Part shown: piece by piece, positions 37,690-49,312 of the stretch
How the letters are laid out: every line of letters begins with the position of its first letter
Position numbering within the stretch: the first letter of the stretch is position 1
NCBI GenBank assembly: GCA_000004695.1
Contig: CM000153.2
Coordinates: forward strand, 320,001 to 384,000
DNA from: Dictyostelium discoideum
Lineage: Eukaryota
Direction of reading: 5' to 3'
DNA length: 64,000 nt
Program-made: the position numbers and the translations under genes
The notes under the pieces: generated by a model
Told to the model about the DNA's origin: nothing
The model's database searches: none
Seen by the model: the letters and a program-made list of their open reading frames with translations, nothing else

Positions 37690-38490
37690 GTGAACATACA
37701 TTAAAGTATGATGAAATTTTCAATTTTAATTATTTAGTTGAACAAGGTGAAATTGGATTAATTAAAGATAAAGTAAATAGAAATCAATATTTAACAAATT
37801 TCAATAAACAATCTTTTTCAAAAACTTTATTCAAAAATTAAAGAATTTTATTCAAATTTTTTTAAATTTTATCCAAAGATTTCATTAAAAGGAATTAAAT
37901 CCCTCATCAGTCATTCACAACTTTCACTGGATTTTACCCACGTTAATGGAATTATTATATGGAAAGGATTATTTAATTATTTATTTCATTTCAAAATATT
38001 AAACATTTAATTTTGCAAATAATGTTTTACAATTTTAAAAGGTGGTTTCAAAATATCAATATCAATTATAGATTGGTTATGTAAATACTTTAAAAATTCA
38101 AATATCAACTGATATTACAACTCAACTTTTAAATAATAATAATTATTATGAAAAATGTAATAAAGATACTCAAATTGAATAAGATGTTATCAGATGGTAG
38201 AGAGAATATTATTATTACAAAAATAATTTGTCTCACATGATGATAAATCTGTAAAAGTTTTATTAAATTTACTACATTGTACTCAATGTTTAATTGATCC
38301 CGATTTCTCATTATTAGTAAATCCAAATTTTGATTCAAGTTGTAAAGATGATGATGATTCTCGTAAATGGGTAATTCCCGTTGCTGTCGTTGTTTCAGTT
38401 ATTGGTGTTGCAATTCTTGTAATTGTTTGTTTTATAATTTATAAAAGAAGTATCTTAATAAAAGTACAAGTACATAAACTTAAAAATTAA
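37690..38490 (+). CDS. Putative multi-exon gene fragments ending in a single-pass membrane anchor (…CKDDDDSRKWVIPVAVVVSVIGVAILVIVCFIIYKRSILIKVQVHKLKN*). The structure is unresolved.
   Basis: Short stop-free coding-like blocks (EHTLKYDEIFNFNYLVEQGEIGLIKDKVNRNQYLTNFNKQSFSKTLFKN; DKSVKVLLNLLHCTQCLIDPDFSLLVNPNFDSSC...) with plausible acag| and gta splice signals. No ORF of 60 aa or more was found. Confidence 0.25.
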
Positions 38491-38762
38491 AAAATTGAAA
38501 ATTAAAAAAAAAAAAAAAATTTGTGTATGTGTGTAGTGTTGGAAATTATTTTTTAATATGAAAAATCAGTGTGTGAGATAATTTGAGATTTGCACTAAAT
38601 GATTATTTTTTTTATTTTTTTATTTTTATTTTTTTTTATTTTTTTGTTTTCATATTTTCATTTTTTTTTTTATTTTTTATTTTTTATTTTTTAAAAATAT
38701 CAAATTGTCGTTGTGTTTATTATACATATATATATATATAAACATTTAAACCAAAAATTACA

Positions 38763-39168
38763 ATGGATAATAATTCAAATAAAAGTAATAATATTAAAAA
38801 TACTTTACAAAGAAGAAATAAGTTATTTGCATTTGGAATATTAGGTGTAATTGGTTTAGGTTTATTATTCCCACTTTATTATATAACATCAAAACAAGAT
38901 AAACAAAAAATTGAAAAATATTCAAAAGGATCAGGTGTTAGAGGTAGTTTTTTAAATTCTGGTTCAAGTGTATGTAAAATAAATTATCAATAATAATAAT
39001 AATGGTAAAAATAAATATTTATTAAAAAAAAAAAAAAAAAAACAGGATATAGGTAAAGATACCACAACATATAAAAATAATTATGAAGAACACAAAAGAA
39101 AAATGACCGAAAAACATATTATTGAAGATATTAATAAAAATAATAATAATAATGATAACAAAAATTAA
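38763..39168 (+). CDS. Small single-transmembrane protein of about 109 aa. Two exons at approx 38763-38969 and 39046-39168.
   Basis: MDNNSNKSNNIKNTLQRRNKLFAFGILGVIGLGLLFPLYYITSKQDKQKIEKYSKGSGVRGSFLNSGSS | DIGKDTTTYKNNYEEHKRKMTEKHIIEDINKNNNNNDNKN*. The intron has a gtatgt donor and aaaaaacag| acceptor. Confidence 0.5.
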
Positions 39169-39273
39169 TTAATTTTTTGAAAATAAAAAATAGACTTGTA
39201 CAAAAAAAAAATAAAAAAAAAAAAAAATAAAATAAAATAAAAAAAAAAATAAAAATTGATATATTTATTTAAT

Positions 39274-40656
39274 TTATTTATTTAAATATTTTTTAATTAA
39301 TTGATCAGCTAAAACTAAATCAATTTTTTCAATATTATAATCATCATTACCTTTAACTAATTCATTTAAGATTTGTTGATTTGCTAAACCAATTTTTTGA
39401 GCATAAGCGTATGGTTGAGTTGAGAAAGAAATTAATTCATAACGACTAATATAACGTGAAGGGAATTTAACTTCTAATAAATGTTCAACCTTTTTCTTGA
39501 AAAGGAATAAAGCATCACCAACATGATCACGCATTTCAAAAAAGTTTTCAACTGCCATTTCAGCAATAGCATCAGAATTTGCTTTTCTATTCTCTTGATA
39601 TTTTTTATAAATATTATTGAAATGATCATTATCAAATGGTTTATCAGTGGAGGATGGGTAGAGTGATTTATCCTCAAAACAATTAAATAATTCTAAAACA
39701 TCTTCAAATGCTGCATTCATACCTTGACCATAGAATGGAACGATAGCATGTGCAGCATCACCAACTAATACTACTTTACCTTGATAATGGTATGGTTCAG
39801 TTTTAACGGTGACTAATGATGAGGTTGGATTCTCAAAATAGTCATCCAAAAGATCTGGCATTAATTTATAGGCATCAGGGAAATAATCTTTAAAGAATTG
39901 GTCAACCTTTTCTCTTGTGTCTAGGGATGAGAAACTTAATGGACCGTCGAATGGGAAGAAAAGGGTGCATGTGAAACTTCCATCGATATTTGGCAAAGCG
40001 ATCATCATGAATGAACCACGTGGCCAAATGTGAAGTGAGTTTTTGTCGATTTGAAATGTTTGATTTGGGCCGCTTGGTATGCAAAGTTCCTTATAACCAT
40101 GCTTTAAATAAGATTGGGAGTAGTCTTGTCTGTCCAATTTCACCATAGATCCTCTGACGGCAGAGAAGGCACCATCGCAACCGATGATTGTGGATGCTTC
40201 GATTGTTTGATTGGAATCTTGAGTTTGAATTGTACATTGCTTCAAATCAATAGATTTACAAGCATCAGAGAATATGAATTTAACATTTTCCAATTTCTCT
40301 GTATGTTCACGTAATCTATCATTTAATAATTGACGTGATACACTATATAAATGTTTATTTGAATCTGAACTGTATGCTTGAAATGTTTGAACACTATCTA
40401 ATGAATGAATCATTCTACCTTTCATTGGTATTGCAATCTTTAATATATCATCAACATATCCTGTCTTTGTCAATGTTTTTACACCACGATCTGATAATGC
40501 TAAATTAATTGATCTTGCTCTAATATTTTCACTTTGTTTTGGTCTTTTTTCTATAACTTGAATTGGAAATCCTTTTTGTCCTAATAATAATGCTAATGCA
40601 CTACCTGCTAATCCACCACCAACAATTGTAATTGGTTTATTTAAAAGAATATCCAT
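39274..40656 (-). CDS. kmo: Kynurenine 3-monooxygenase (FAD-dependent), 460 aa, single exon.
   Basis: N-terminal Rossmann motif TIVGGGLAGSALALLL, then RSINLALSDRG, MIHS, IIGCDGAFSAVRG, HIWPRGSFMMIALPN, DGSFTCTLFFPF, VLVGDAAHAIVPFYGQGMNAAFED and ENFFEMRDHV. It aligns along its whole length with animal and fungal KMO. Confidence 0.9.
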   Translation of the reverse strand: MDILLNKPITIVGGGLAGSALALLLGQKGFPIQVIEKRPKQSENIRARSINLALSDRGVKTLTKTGYVDDILKIAIPMKGRMIHSLDSVQTFQAYSSDSNKHLYSVSRQLLNDRLREHTEKLENVKFIFSDACKSIDLKQCTIQTQDSNQTIEASTIIGCDGAFSAVRGSMVKLDRQDYSQSYLKHGYKELCIPSGPNQTFQIDKNSLHIWPRGSFMMIALPNIDGSFTCTLFFPFDGPLSFSSLDTREKVDQFFKDYFPDAYKLMPDLLDDYFENPTSSLVTVKTEPYHYQGKVVLVGDAAHAIVPFYGQGMNAAFEDVLELFNCFEDKSLYPSSTDKPFDNDHFNNIYKKYQENRKANSDAIAEMAVENFFEMRDHVGDALFLFKKKVEHLLEVKFPSRYISRYELISFSTQPYAYAQKIGLANQQILNELVKGNDDYNIEKIDLVLADQLIKKYLNK

Positions 40657-40796
40657 TATTAAATTATTTATGAAAAAAAAAAAATAAAAAATAAAAAATA
40701 AAAAAGTGTGATAAAAAATAAAAAAAGAAATTTGATTTTAAAAAATTAATTAAAAAAAAAAAATAAAATAAAATAAAAATAAAAAAAAAAATAAAA

Positions 40797-40841
<45 letters not shown>

Positions 40842-40951
40842 AAAATCATTTTTTTCATTTTTAAAAAATTAAACGAAAACCCAAATCATTTCATTAATTC
40901 ATATATTCCATTAAAAAAAAGAATATATATATACATTTTTAAATTATAAAA

Positions 40952-41144
40952 ATGTTTAGATCATTAAATAAATTATTAATTTCAAATAATTTAATTATAA
41001 AAAAAAATAATATAATAATACCCTATAATTATAAATTTTCAATTAAAAATAATAATAATAATAATAATAATTTTATATATAGGAATTTTTGTAATAATAA
41101 TAATAATAAAAACAATAATAATAATAATAATAATATTGATGAAT
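40952..41144 (+). CDS. Possible upstream exon for the release-factor gene, read as a presequence-like MFRSLNKLLISNNLIIKK.... It has a gtaaga donor at about 41145 and an aatag| acceptor at about 41248.
   Basis: ORF 40952..41245. Splicing from 41144 to 41249 keeps the reading frame into the ORF at 41299. This is speculative. Confidence 0.25.
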
Positions 41145-41298
41145 GTAAGAAAAAATTAAAATTATTATTTCTGAAAAAAAAAAAAAAAAAATTAATTATT
41201 TATTTATTTAATTTTTTTTATTTTTTTTTTTTTATTTTTATTTAATAGTATTTAATAAAACAAGTATACCACCAAATATTGTTTTTAGATTAAATTTA

Positions 41299-42348
41299 AT
41301 GGGTAAAAAAAGTAAAGAGTTAAGGAATATGATTGATAGTAATATGGGATTAGGACAAAGTGAAATTAAGAAAATTTCAAAAGAGTTACAAGAAACTGCA
41401 GAACCATTGGGATATTTTGGAGATTTGATAGAGAAATTAAAAGAATTAAAAGAGTTACAAACAATGTTGGTTGAAGAAACTGATGAGGATGGTAAACAAA
41501 TGATAAAATCTGATATAAATAAATTGAAGCAAGAAGAGATTGAACCATTGGAGAAACAATTACTATTTAGTTTATTACCAGGTAGCAAAGATGATGCAGG
41601 TGATGCAATATTGGAGATTAGGGCAGGCACGGGCGGCAGTGAGGCTCAGTTGTTTACACAGGACGTGTATGAGATGTATCGTAGTTATTGCCTGCAAAAA
41701 GGGTGGACTTTCGAGCCATTGGAGTTGTCAGTCACCGAGGTGGGCGGCTATCGTGACGTGACCGTGTCGGTGTCGGGCAAAGGCGTGTTTGGGTTCTTAA
41801 AGTACGAATCGGGCGTCCACCGTGTCCAGCGTGTGCCATTGACCGAGACCCAGGGTCGTATCCATACGAGTACCATCACAGTGGCTATATTGCCTGAGCC
41901 TAAGGATGTGGATATTCAAATCCACGATAGAGATTTGAAAGTCGATATCTACCGTTCGTCAGGTAATGGTGGCCAATCTGTAAATACCACTGATTCCGCC
42001 GTGAGAATCACTCATTTGCCAACGGGTATAACTGTGGCAATGCAAGATGAACGTTCTCAACATCAGAATCGTTCAAAAGCAATGAAAATCTTAAAAGCTC
42101 GTATCTATGAAAGAGAACGTATACGTTTACAAAATGAACGTGTATCTGAAAGAAATGCTCAAATTGGTTCAGCTTTACGTTCTGAACGTATTCGTACTTA
42201 TAATTATCCTCAAGATCGTATCACTGATCATCGTGTTTCAATAAATGGAAATTTAAATAGTTGTATGAATTCTGATGGTTTGGATTCTTTTATTGATGAA
42301 ATTTTAGTTGAATTCCATACCAAAGAATTGGAAGAATTATTAAGTTAA
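41299..42348 (+). CDS. Class-I peptide chain release factor (RF1 type, probably organellar), 349 aa as annotated.
   Basis: GGQ motif [24 protein letters not shown], then [26 protein letters not shown] and [23 protein letters not shown]. The central 400 bp or so is strikingly GC-rich (see findings). Confidence 0.85.
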   Translation: MGKKSKELRNMIDSNMGLGQSEIKKISKELQETAEPLGYFGDLIEKLKELKELQTMLVEETDEDGKQMIKSDINKLKQEEIEPLEKQLLFSLLPGSKDDAGDAILEIRAGTGGSEAQLFTQDVYEMYRSYCLQKGWTFEPLELSVTEVGGYRDVTVSVSGKGVFGFLKYESGVHRVQRVPLTETQGRIHTSTITVAILPEPKDVDIQIHDRDLKVDIYRSSGNGGQSVNTTDSAVRITHLPTGITVAMQDERSQHQNRSKAMKILKARIYERERIRLQNERVSERNAQIGSALRSERIRTYNYPQDRITDHRVSINGNLNSCMNSDGLDSFIDEILVEFHTKELEELLS

Positions 42349-42368
42349 ATTAAATCAAAAAAAATAGG

Positions 42369-42399
<31 letters not shown>

Positions 42400-42728
42400 A
42401 TTTTTTATTATTATTTTTTTTTTTTTTTTAAACACACAAACAATCAGAAAATAAATATATCTTTTTTTTTTTATTTTCCCAAACAACCCCCAACCTGGTG
42501 ATTTTTCCAAAAAAAATAAAAAAATAAAAAAATAAAAAATAAAAAATAAAAAAAAAATATTTAATTTATTTTTTTTTTTTTTTTTTCATAATTAAAATAG
42601 TGCACACACACCAATAATAAATTTATTTATTTATTTGTTTATTTATTTTATTATCATCACCATTGTGTTCACACGACTAAACTATAAATTATATTATATT
42701 ATATTAAATTATTAAATTATATTTATAA

Positions 42729-44548
42729 ATGAGAAGATCACAATTTACAACATTAACACAATCAAATCAAGATGTTTCAAATACTACCAATATATCACCA
42801 CCACAACCACCACATCAAATAATCAATAAAACAAATTATTGTTTATTAATTAAAGATAATAGTAATAATGAACAAAATGATAAATCATTTACATTAAAGA
42901 CTGTTCAATCAAATTGTTCAGAGTCTTTAGAATTTAATATAAAATCATTCATTTATCAAAAAATAACAAAAAATATGATTTATAAATCTGGTTCTTTTGG
43001 TATTTTAGAAAATAATAATAACAATAATAATAATACTCAAAATCAACCAATTAATAATAGTAATAATGATAATAATAATAATAATAATGATAATAGTGAA
43101 AAGAAATTTACGTTATCATGTTTTTATACAATGATTGAAGTACCAATAATACATAATAATACAAATGATGTTAGTAATAATAATAGTAATAGTAAATCAA
43201 CTCCATCTAGTCCAATGAAATTATCAGTATCAGATTTATTAGAAGATGAAGAATTAATATCAAAAAATAATAATTTTCAAGATGATTTAGAAAATTTAAA
43301 TAGTTTAGTAGATTTCTCTATAAATGATGATTTAGATGATATTGTAAATGATATAGATGGTGATGTTTCTTCACCTTCAAATAAAAATACAACATCAACT
43401 AATCTTACAAAAACAGAGAATGATGTAAATTTAAAAAAGAAACAGCTTGAAAACTCATTAAAGGAATATTATTTATGTTTAGTATGTGAAACAGAGAATG
43501 ATGTAAATTTAGGTTTATTCCATTTAGAAATATCTGAATTTTGTTCATCATTAACAATATTAATTAGTGAAATTATTAATAGTAACAATTGTAATAATAA
43601 TGGTAATAATATCACTGATAGTAATAATAATAATATTAGTATATATAGTGATTTATCAATTCAAAATAAATTATCAAATTGGTATTCAAAATGTATAGAT
43701 TATATAAGTAGAGCAGTTAAATTGTTAGATATAAATATTCAATATATAATTTATTCAACACTTACTGGAAACACTTTTAAAATTATAACTTCACCATTGT
43801 CATCATCACCACAAACATTGGCAACAATGAAAACAATATCAGATGATATAATTAGCTTTTTAAAAACTATTAGTATTGTAAATTTATCAACAAAAGAACT
43901 ATCACCAAATCAATTCATAATTAAACCAGATGAAAGTAATAACTCTGTAATATTTGATAATAGTAGTAGTAGTAATAATAATAATAATACAATTGCAAAC
44001 ACAACAAATTATGATTCAATAGATGATACTACCACTGATAATAATAATAATAACAATAATAATAATAATAATGATAATCTATTTATAATCGAAATAAAAG
44101 AATCTGAAGAAAGTAATGATAAATTTAATATTGTTTTAAATAAACATGGTAAGTTTTATTATTTATTATTTATTATTTATTAAGCTGTTTATTAATTTTT
44201 ATTTTTATTATTATTTATTAATTTAAATTATTAGATGATAATTTATTTTGTAAGAAATGGTCAAATAAATATATTGAAAATATAAATAATTCAATTTCAC
44301 TTAGAAATTTATCAGAGGATTTAAAATTGAAGGTTATTCAAGAATTCAATATGTTTAGAAGAATGATTGATATTTCAACTTTAAATAATTATTTATTATA
44401 TAAATCTTTTCTATTTCTAAGTTGTAATGATAATAGTGATATTCTTTTATACCTTTTAAAAAAAGATAACATTCAAGATATCAAAGAGGTTTTAATAGTT
44501 TTAGAGAATCAATTAAAACAACACCAACTTAAAATAAATAATAATTAA
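42729..44548 (+). CDS. Asn-rich protein of unknown function, about 578 aa. Two exons at approx 42729-44148 and 44235-44548.
   Basis: ORF 42729..44183 and ORF 44327..44548. A cat g|gtaagt donor and ttattag| acceptor bound the intron, and the phase is verified against the track frames. Exon 1 has long poly-N and poly-D tracts. I do not recognise any domain with confidence. Confidence 0.6.
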
Positions 44549-44830
44549 ATAAATAAAAAAAAAAAAAAATTAGAAATAAAAAAAAAAAAGTTTAAATTTT
44601 ATAAAAAAAAAAAAGTAATAAAGGTTTTAAAATTATAGAACATAGTTTATTAAAAAATATTTATAATTTTTTCATTTATCAGTTTGGTTTAATTGGACGA
44701 GGGTTTTTTTATTTTTTTTATTTTTTTATTTTTTTTTTTTGTCAAAGATTGAAACTTCATTTTTTAAAATGATATCGTATATTGAATTATTTTTAGAAAT
44801 AGGAAAACATTAAATATTTGTATTTGAATT

Positions 44831-45001
44831 TTAAAATCACATGACCAACAAATTGCCAATACCCCCTTGATTACCGAGTGGATTATATATTTGAATTTTT
44901 GATTTATTATCAAAATTAATTTGAAGAGATTTGGAATTTTTATTATAATTATTTAATGATGATGATTTATTTAAAATATTAGTTAAAGAATTGAAAATCA
45001 T
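44831..45001 (-). CDS. Small ORF of about 56 aa: MIFNSLTNILNKSSSLNNYNKNSKSLQINFDNKSKIQIYNPLGNQGGIGNLLVM. It belongs to a local family with the motif NPLGNQGG.
   Basis: A paralogue is at 46668..46883 (MIFTSLTKFLNNSSSSSALNK...NPLGNQGGIDKY), and a fragment at 45960-46020 reads NPLGNQGGMTANFNSTQPYG. Confidence 0.35.
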
Positions 45002-45359
45002 TTTTTTATTTATATTATAATCAATATTTAAAATTTAAAATTTTTTTATATTTTATTTTATTTTATTTTATTTTATTTTATTTTATTTTATTTTATTTTA
45101 TTTTGAATAATGAAATAAAAATAAAATTTTTGATTAAATACTTTTATTTTTTTAAAACAAAAACAATGATAAAACAATTAAAATTTAATTTTCTTATCAG
45201 GGTTGCAAATTAAAAAAATAGTTAAAAATGAAAAGAGGTTTGAAATGATCTAATTATAGTTTTGTTATTTTTAAATCCAGAAAAATGAAGATAGAGTGAA
45301 TAAAATCAAATCGAATCCAATCCAATCCAATTGTTTTTTTTTTTAGAAACAATCATTGT

Positions 45360-45720
45360 ACAAAAACAATCAATTTTTTACACATTATTCAATTTGATTT
45401 AACCCCATATTATTTTTTAAATTGATTTTATTTATCTATGAGTTTTATCGAACAACCCCCACAAAAAAAAATTAAAAAAAAATAAAATAAAAAAAAAAAA
45501 ATTAAATAATTAAATAAATTAATAAATGATGAAACGGTTATTTTTATGTGGTGGACTACCATTAAAAAGATGAATGATTATAGTTTTTATAATTTAAAAC
45601 TTTTTTTACACATAATAATATTACTTTTCATATTGTTGTTATTTTCAGTTTATAGTTTTTTTAAACTCCATCTTATCGATTAAATAAGATTAATAAAGAT
45701 TAGATAATCTAATTATAAAA
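45360..45720. repeat. Dispersed repeat element associated with the small-ORF family (...ttttttacacattattcaatttga...ccccatattattttttaaattgattttatttatctatgagttttatcgaacaaccccc...).
   Basis: A second copy lies at 46060-46330. A third, partial copy lies at 47880-48010 (tttttacacacaataaaattggtactatcattatatt...). Confidence 0.6.
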
Positions 45721-46609
45721 AACTTAATTCCATAATGGCCATTAGTTCCTTAATAATATGCAAACGCCTGGGAATAATAAATCTATTTTTAAGATTAAAA
45801 TTGAAAATTAATTAAATAATAAATTAACAGCTCTCATCAAAGAAATAAATAAACTCTATATTACGGTACTATCTCAAAAAAAAAATTAAATTCTTAATTT
45901 TTAAATTTTTAAAATTTAAGAATATAAAGTTTATTTTTAAACCCATATGGTTGTGTGGAATTAAAATTTGCTGTCATACCACCTTGGTTACCAAGTGGAT
46001 TTTTATTTTAAAAAAGGGTAAAGTAAAAGGGGGTGTTAGATTTTTTTTTTTTAATAAAATCAAAATCAATTTTTTACACATTGTTCATTTAATTAAAATA
46101 ATTTAATAAAATTATTAAATTTTAAAATTATAACCCCATATTATATTTTAATTGATTTTATTTATCTATGAGTTTTATTGAACAACCCCAACCACAAAAA
46201 AAAAAAAAAAAATTAAATTATTAAATAAATATTAAATAATGATGAGATCATCTCACTGTAAAAAATTGGTTTCCTTAATAAAATACATTATCGGCAATTT
46301 TAAATACATTTTAAGATTATTATCTTTTATCGAATAAAATTAACAAATTATTAAAAATAAACAAAAGTTCGTGTTTTCAATAATTTAGTAAAATAATTAA
46401 AAACTATAAAATAATATAATAAAATAAAATAAAATAAGTTAAATTAAAATTAAAAGAATATTCTTTAATAGTTTAAAATAAAAATATATTCTTTTAAAGG
46501 TTTATTTTTTTTGTTTTTCGATATTTGTTGATAATTTTTTATAAACCAACTATGTATTATTTATTCGATTCGGAAAGTTTTATTTTTTGCAATTTATTGG
46601 AACTTTTTT

Positions 46610-46640
<31 letters not shown>

Positions 46641-46667
46641 TCTTATTTGGTTTAAAACAATGATTAA

Positions 46668-46883
46668 TTAATATTTGTCGATACCACCTTGGTTACCAAG
46701 TGGATTATTTTTAATACTTGTACCACTTTGGTTACCAAGTAGACTTTTTAAAATACTAACACCTTGAATATTTAATTTTTCAAAATTAATAACAATTGAT
46801 TTTGAATTGATATCAAAGTTTTTATTTAGGGCTGATGATGACGAGGAGTTATTTAAAAATTTAGTTAATGAAGTGAAAATCAT
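46668..46883 (-). CDS. Small ORF of 71 aa with two NPLGNQ(S/G)G motifs, a paralogue of 44831..45001.
   Basis: ORF-track entry. It lies in the same orientation and has the same flanking (ATTTT)n microsatellite as the first copy. Confidence 0.35.
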   Translation of the reverse strand: MIFTSLTKFLNNSSSSSALNKNFDINSKSIVINFEKLNIQGVSILKSLLGNQSGTSIKNNPLGNQGGIDKY

Positions 46884-47545
46884 TTTAAAATTTTATTTTA
46901 ATTTATTTATTTTATTATCTTATAAAATTAAATTATATTTTTATATCAAATTATTATTATTTTAAATTTTATTTTATTTTATTTTATTTTATTTTATTTG
47001 TATTGAATAATGAATATTTATGAAAAATCATTTTTTTTTATTAAATACTTTTTTAAAAAAAAAAAAAATAAAAAAAAAAAGTATAATAAAATAATAAATA
47101 AATAATAAATGTTATAAATAGAAATCTATTTTATTTGTGACTTAACAAGTCGATGCTTGTGAATGTATTAATAAAAAAACGAGAAATAAGTTAATCCTAA
47201 CATTATGTTGATGATATAAATAGATCGAAATGATGGAGAGAATAATATCAAAAATAATTTTTAAACTGAAAATTAACAATATAATGATAGTTTTAATTCA
47301 GTACAATTATTCACTTTTACACAAATATTTCAATTTTAATTTTGACGAATCCACAAATTACATGCAAACAAATATTTCACCCCTTTTTTATTTTAAATTA
47401 TTTGTTTTTATTTTAAATTATTTTTTTATTTTTTTTTTATTTTTTTTTTTTTAGTGGTTGAACAAATAAATTTAAGGTTTCAAATTAAAACAATTATTTA
47501 AAAAAATAAATAAAAAAAACCTAATTCAATGATTAATAATTATTG

Positions 47546-47580
<35 letters not shown>

Positions 47581-48149
47581 ATAATTCTATATTAAAAATA
47601 AAATTTCAAGTAAATTATATTTTTTTCTTTAAAATAATCTTAAATTCCTACTTTCTTTGTATCAAAATTAAATTTTTTTTTTTTTTTTTTTTTAAGGTTA
47701 TTTTAAATTTAAATTCCTACTTCTTTGAAAGTAATATTAATTTTTAAATTGAAATTAAAACACTTTGGTAAAACTAATTATAAAATGAACAATTATATTT
47801 ATATATCATTTTTAAATATTTAATTTTTATAGGAATTAATTTGTTCAACAAACATTAATTTTTGTATTGTGGAATAATTTAAATAATTTGGGTGTAAAAA
47901 TGATTGTTATTTTTTTACACACAATAAAATTGGTACTATCATTATATTATGATTGTTATTTTTCCGTTGGGAATTCCTCATCGATCTGATTTAATCATAA
48001 ATTAGATAATCCAAATTAATAAAAACAAAAATAAAAACAAATAAAAAAAATAAATTTAAAAATTAATTCAATTAAAAAATGATTTTCAATACTTAAACTT
48101 AAATTTTATTTTTTATTTTTTTATTTATTTTTTATTTAATTTACAAATT

Positions 48150-49137
48150 TATAATAACTTTTCCAAATAAATCATTTTTTTCAATAAATTTATAAGCATC
48201 AATAATTGAATCAAAACCTTTGATAACGTTTACCAATTAATAATTTAAATTTATTTTGTTCTAAATTTTTAGTAATAAAATCAACAGCTTCTTTCAATTG
48301 GATTGGATCAGTTGAATAATTAAAAACTAAATAAGCTTCCATTTTAATATTTCTATAAAACAATTGACGAGTTGGGAAAGGAGTATCACCACCAGTAACA
48401 CCATAGATAATGACACGTGCATTTTGAGCACAAACATTTATGATATTTGTAATGAATGGTCCACCAATGGGATCATAAACAATATCCACTCCTTTACCAT
48501 TTGTAATTTCTAAAATCTAATTTTCAAAATCCTTTGAATCTGATGTATTTACGAAATAATCAGCACCAAAATCTAAAAGTTGTTGCTTTTTTGAATTACT
48601 ACGACTTGTTGCAATAACTATTCCACCCAATATCTTTGCAATTTGAATGGCACCTAAACCAGTGCTACCAGTGGCTGCAGTGATTAAAATGAATTGACCT
48701 TCTTTAATTGATTTTAGTGGGTAGTAAGCTGTTAAATATGAAAACCAAATTGATGCAGCTTGTTCATGTGTTACGTTGGATGGATTCTTTACTATTGAAC
48801 CCTCTGGTTGAATACAATATTCTGAATTTGTATTATACTTATCCTGGGTTGTATTTTGTAAAACTGATACTGAATCACCAATTTTAAAATTTTTAACATC
48901 TTTACCAATTCCATCAATCACACCTGACGATTCGTATCCTAATGATGTTGGAAATTTAACATCAATACCTTGAATGTATCCACTATAATATATAGTTTCA
49001 ACTCTACCAATACCAATTGAAACATTTTTAATTCTAACTTCATTATCTTTTGGTTCTACTTTCTCTTTAATATCTTTAATATATAAATTATTAACTGATC
49101 CAAATTTATCAAATAGTAATGTTTTATTTGTTTCCAT
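48150..49137 (-). pseudogene. Quinone oxidoreductase or zeta-crystallin-like zinc-type alcohol dehydrogenase (MDR superfamily). It is interrupted by an in-frame TAG at 48517-48519 and a frame change near 48240.
   Basis: ORF 48517..49137 ends ...DSKDFEN*. The same frame then continues ILEITNGKG-VDIVYDPIGGPF... as ORF 48211..48489. The conserved C-terminal segment NVIKGFDSIIDAYKFIEKNDLFGKVIINL lies in a different frame downstream of ...FKLLIG. The NAD(P)-binding motif AATGSTGLGAIQIAK is present. Confidence 0.6.
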
Positions 49138-49139
49138 TT

Positions 49140-49312
<173 letters not shown>

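Noticed and set aside
39474-40314. ORFs 39474..39677, 39902..40084 and 40114..40314 overlapping the KMO gene.
   Set aside because: They are alternative or antisense frames within a single-exon conserved gene. They are spurious.
41238-41761. ORFs 41238..41630 (minus), 41366..41548 (minus) and 41540..41761 (plus) overlapping the release-factor gene.
   Set aside because: They are antisense or alternative frames. The GC-rich segment inflates chance ORF length.
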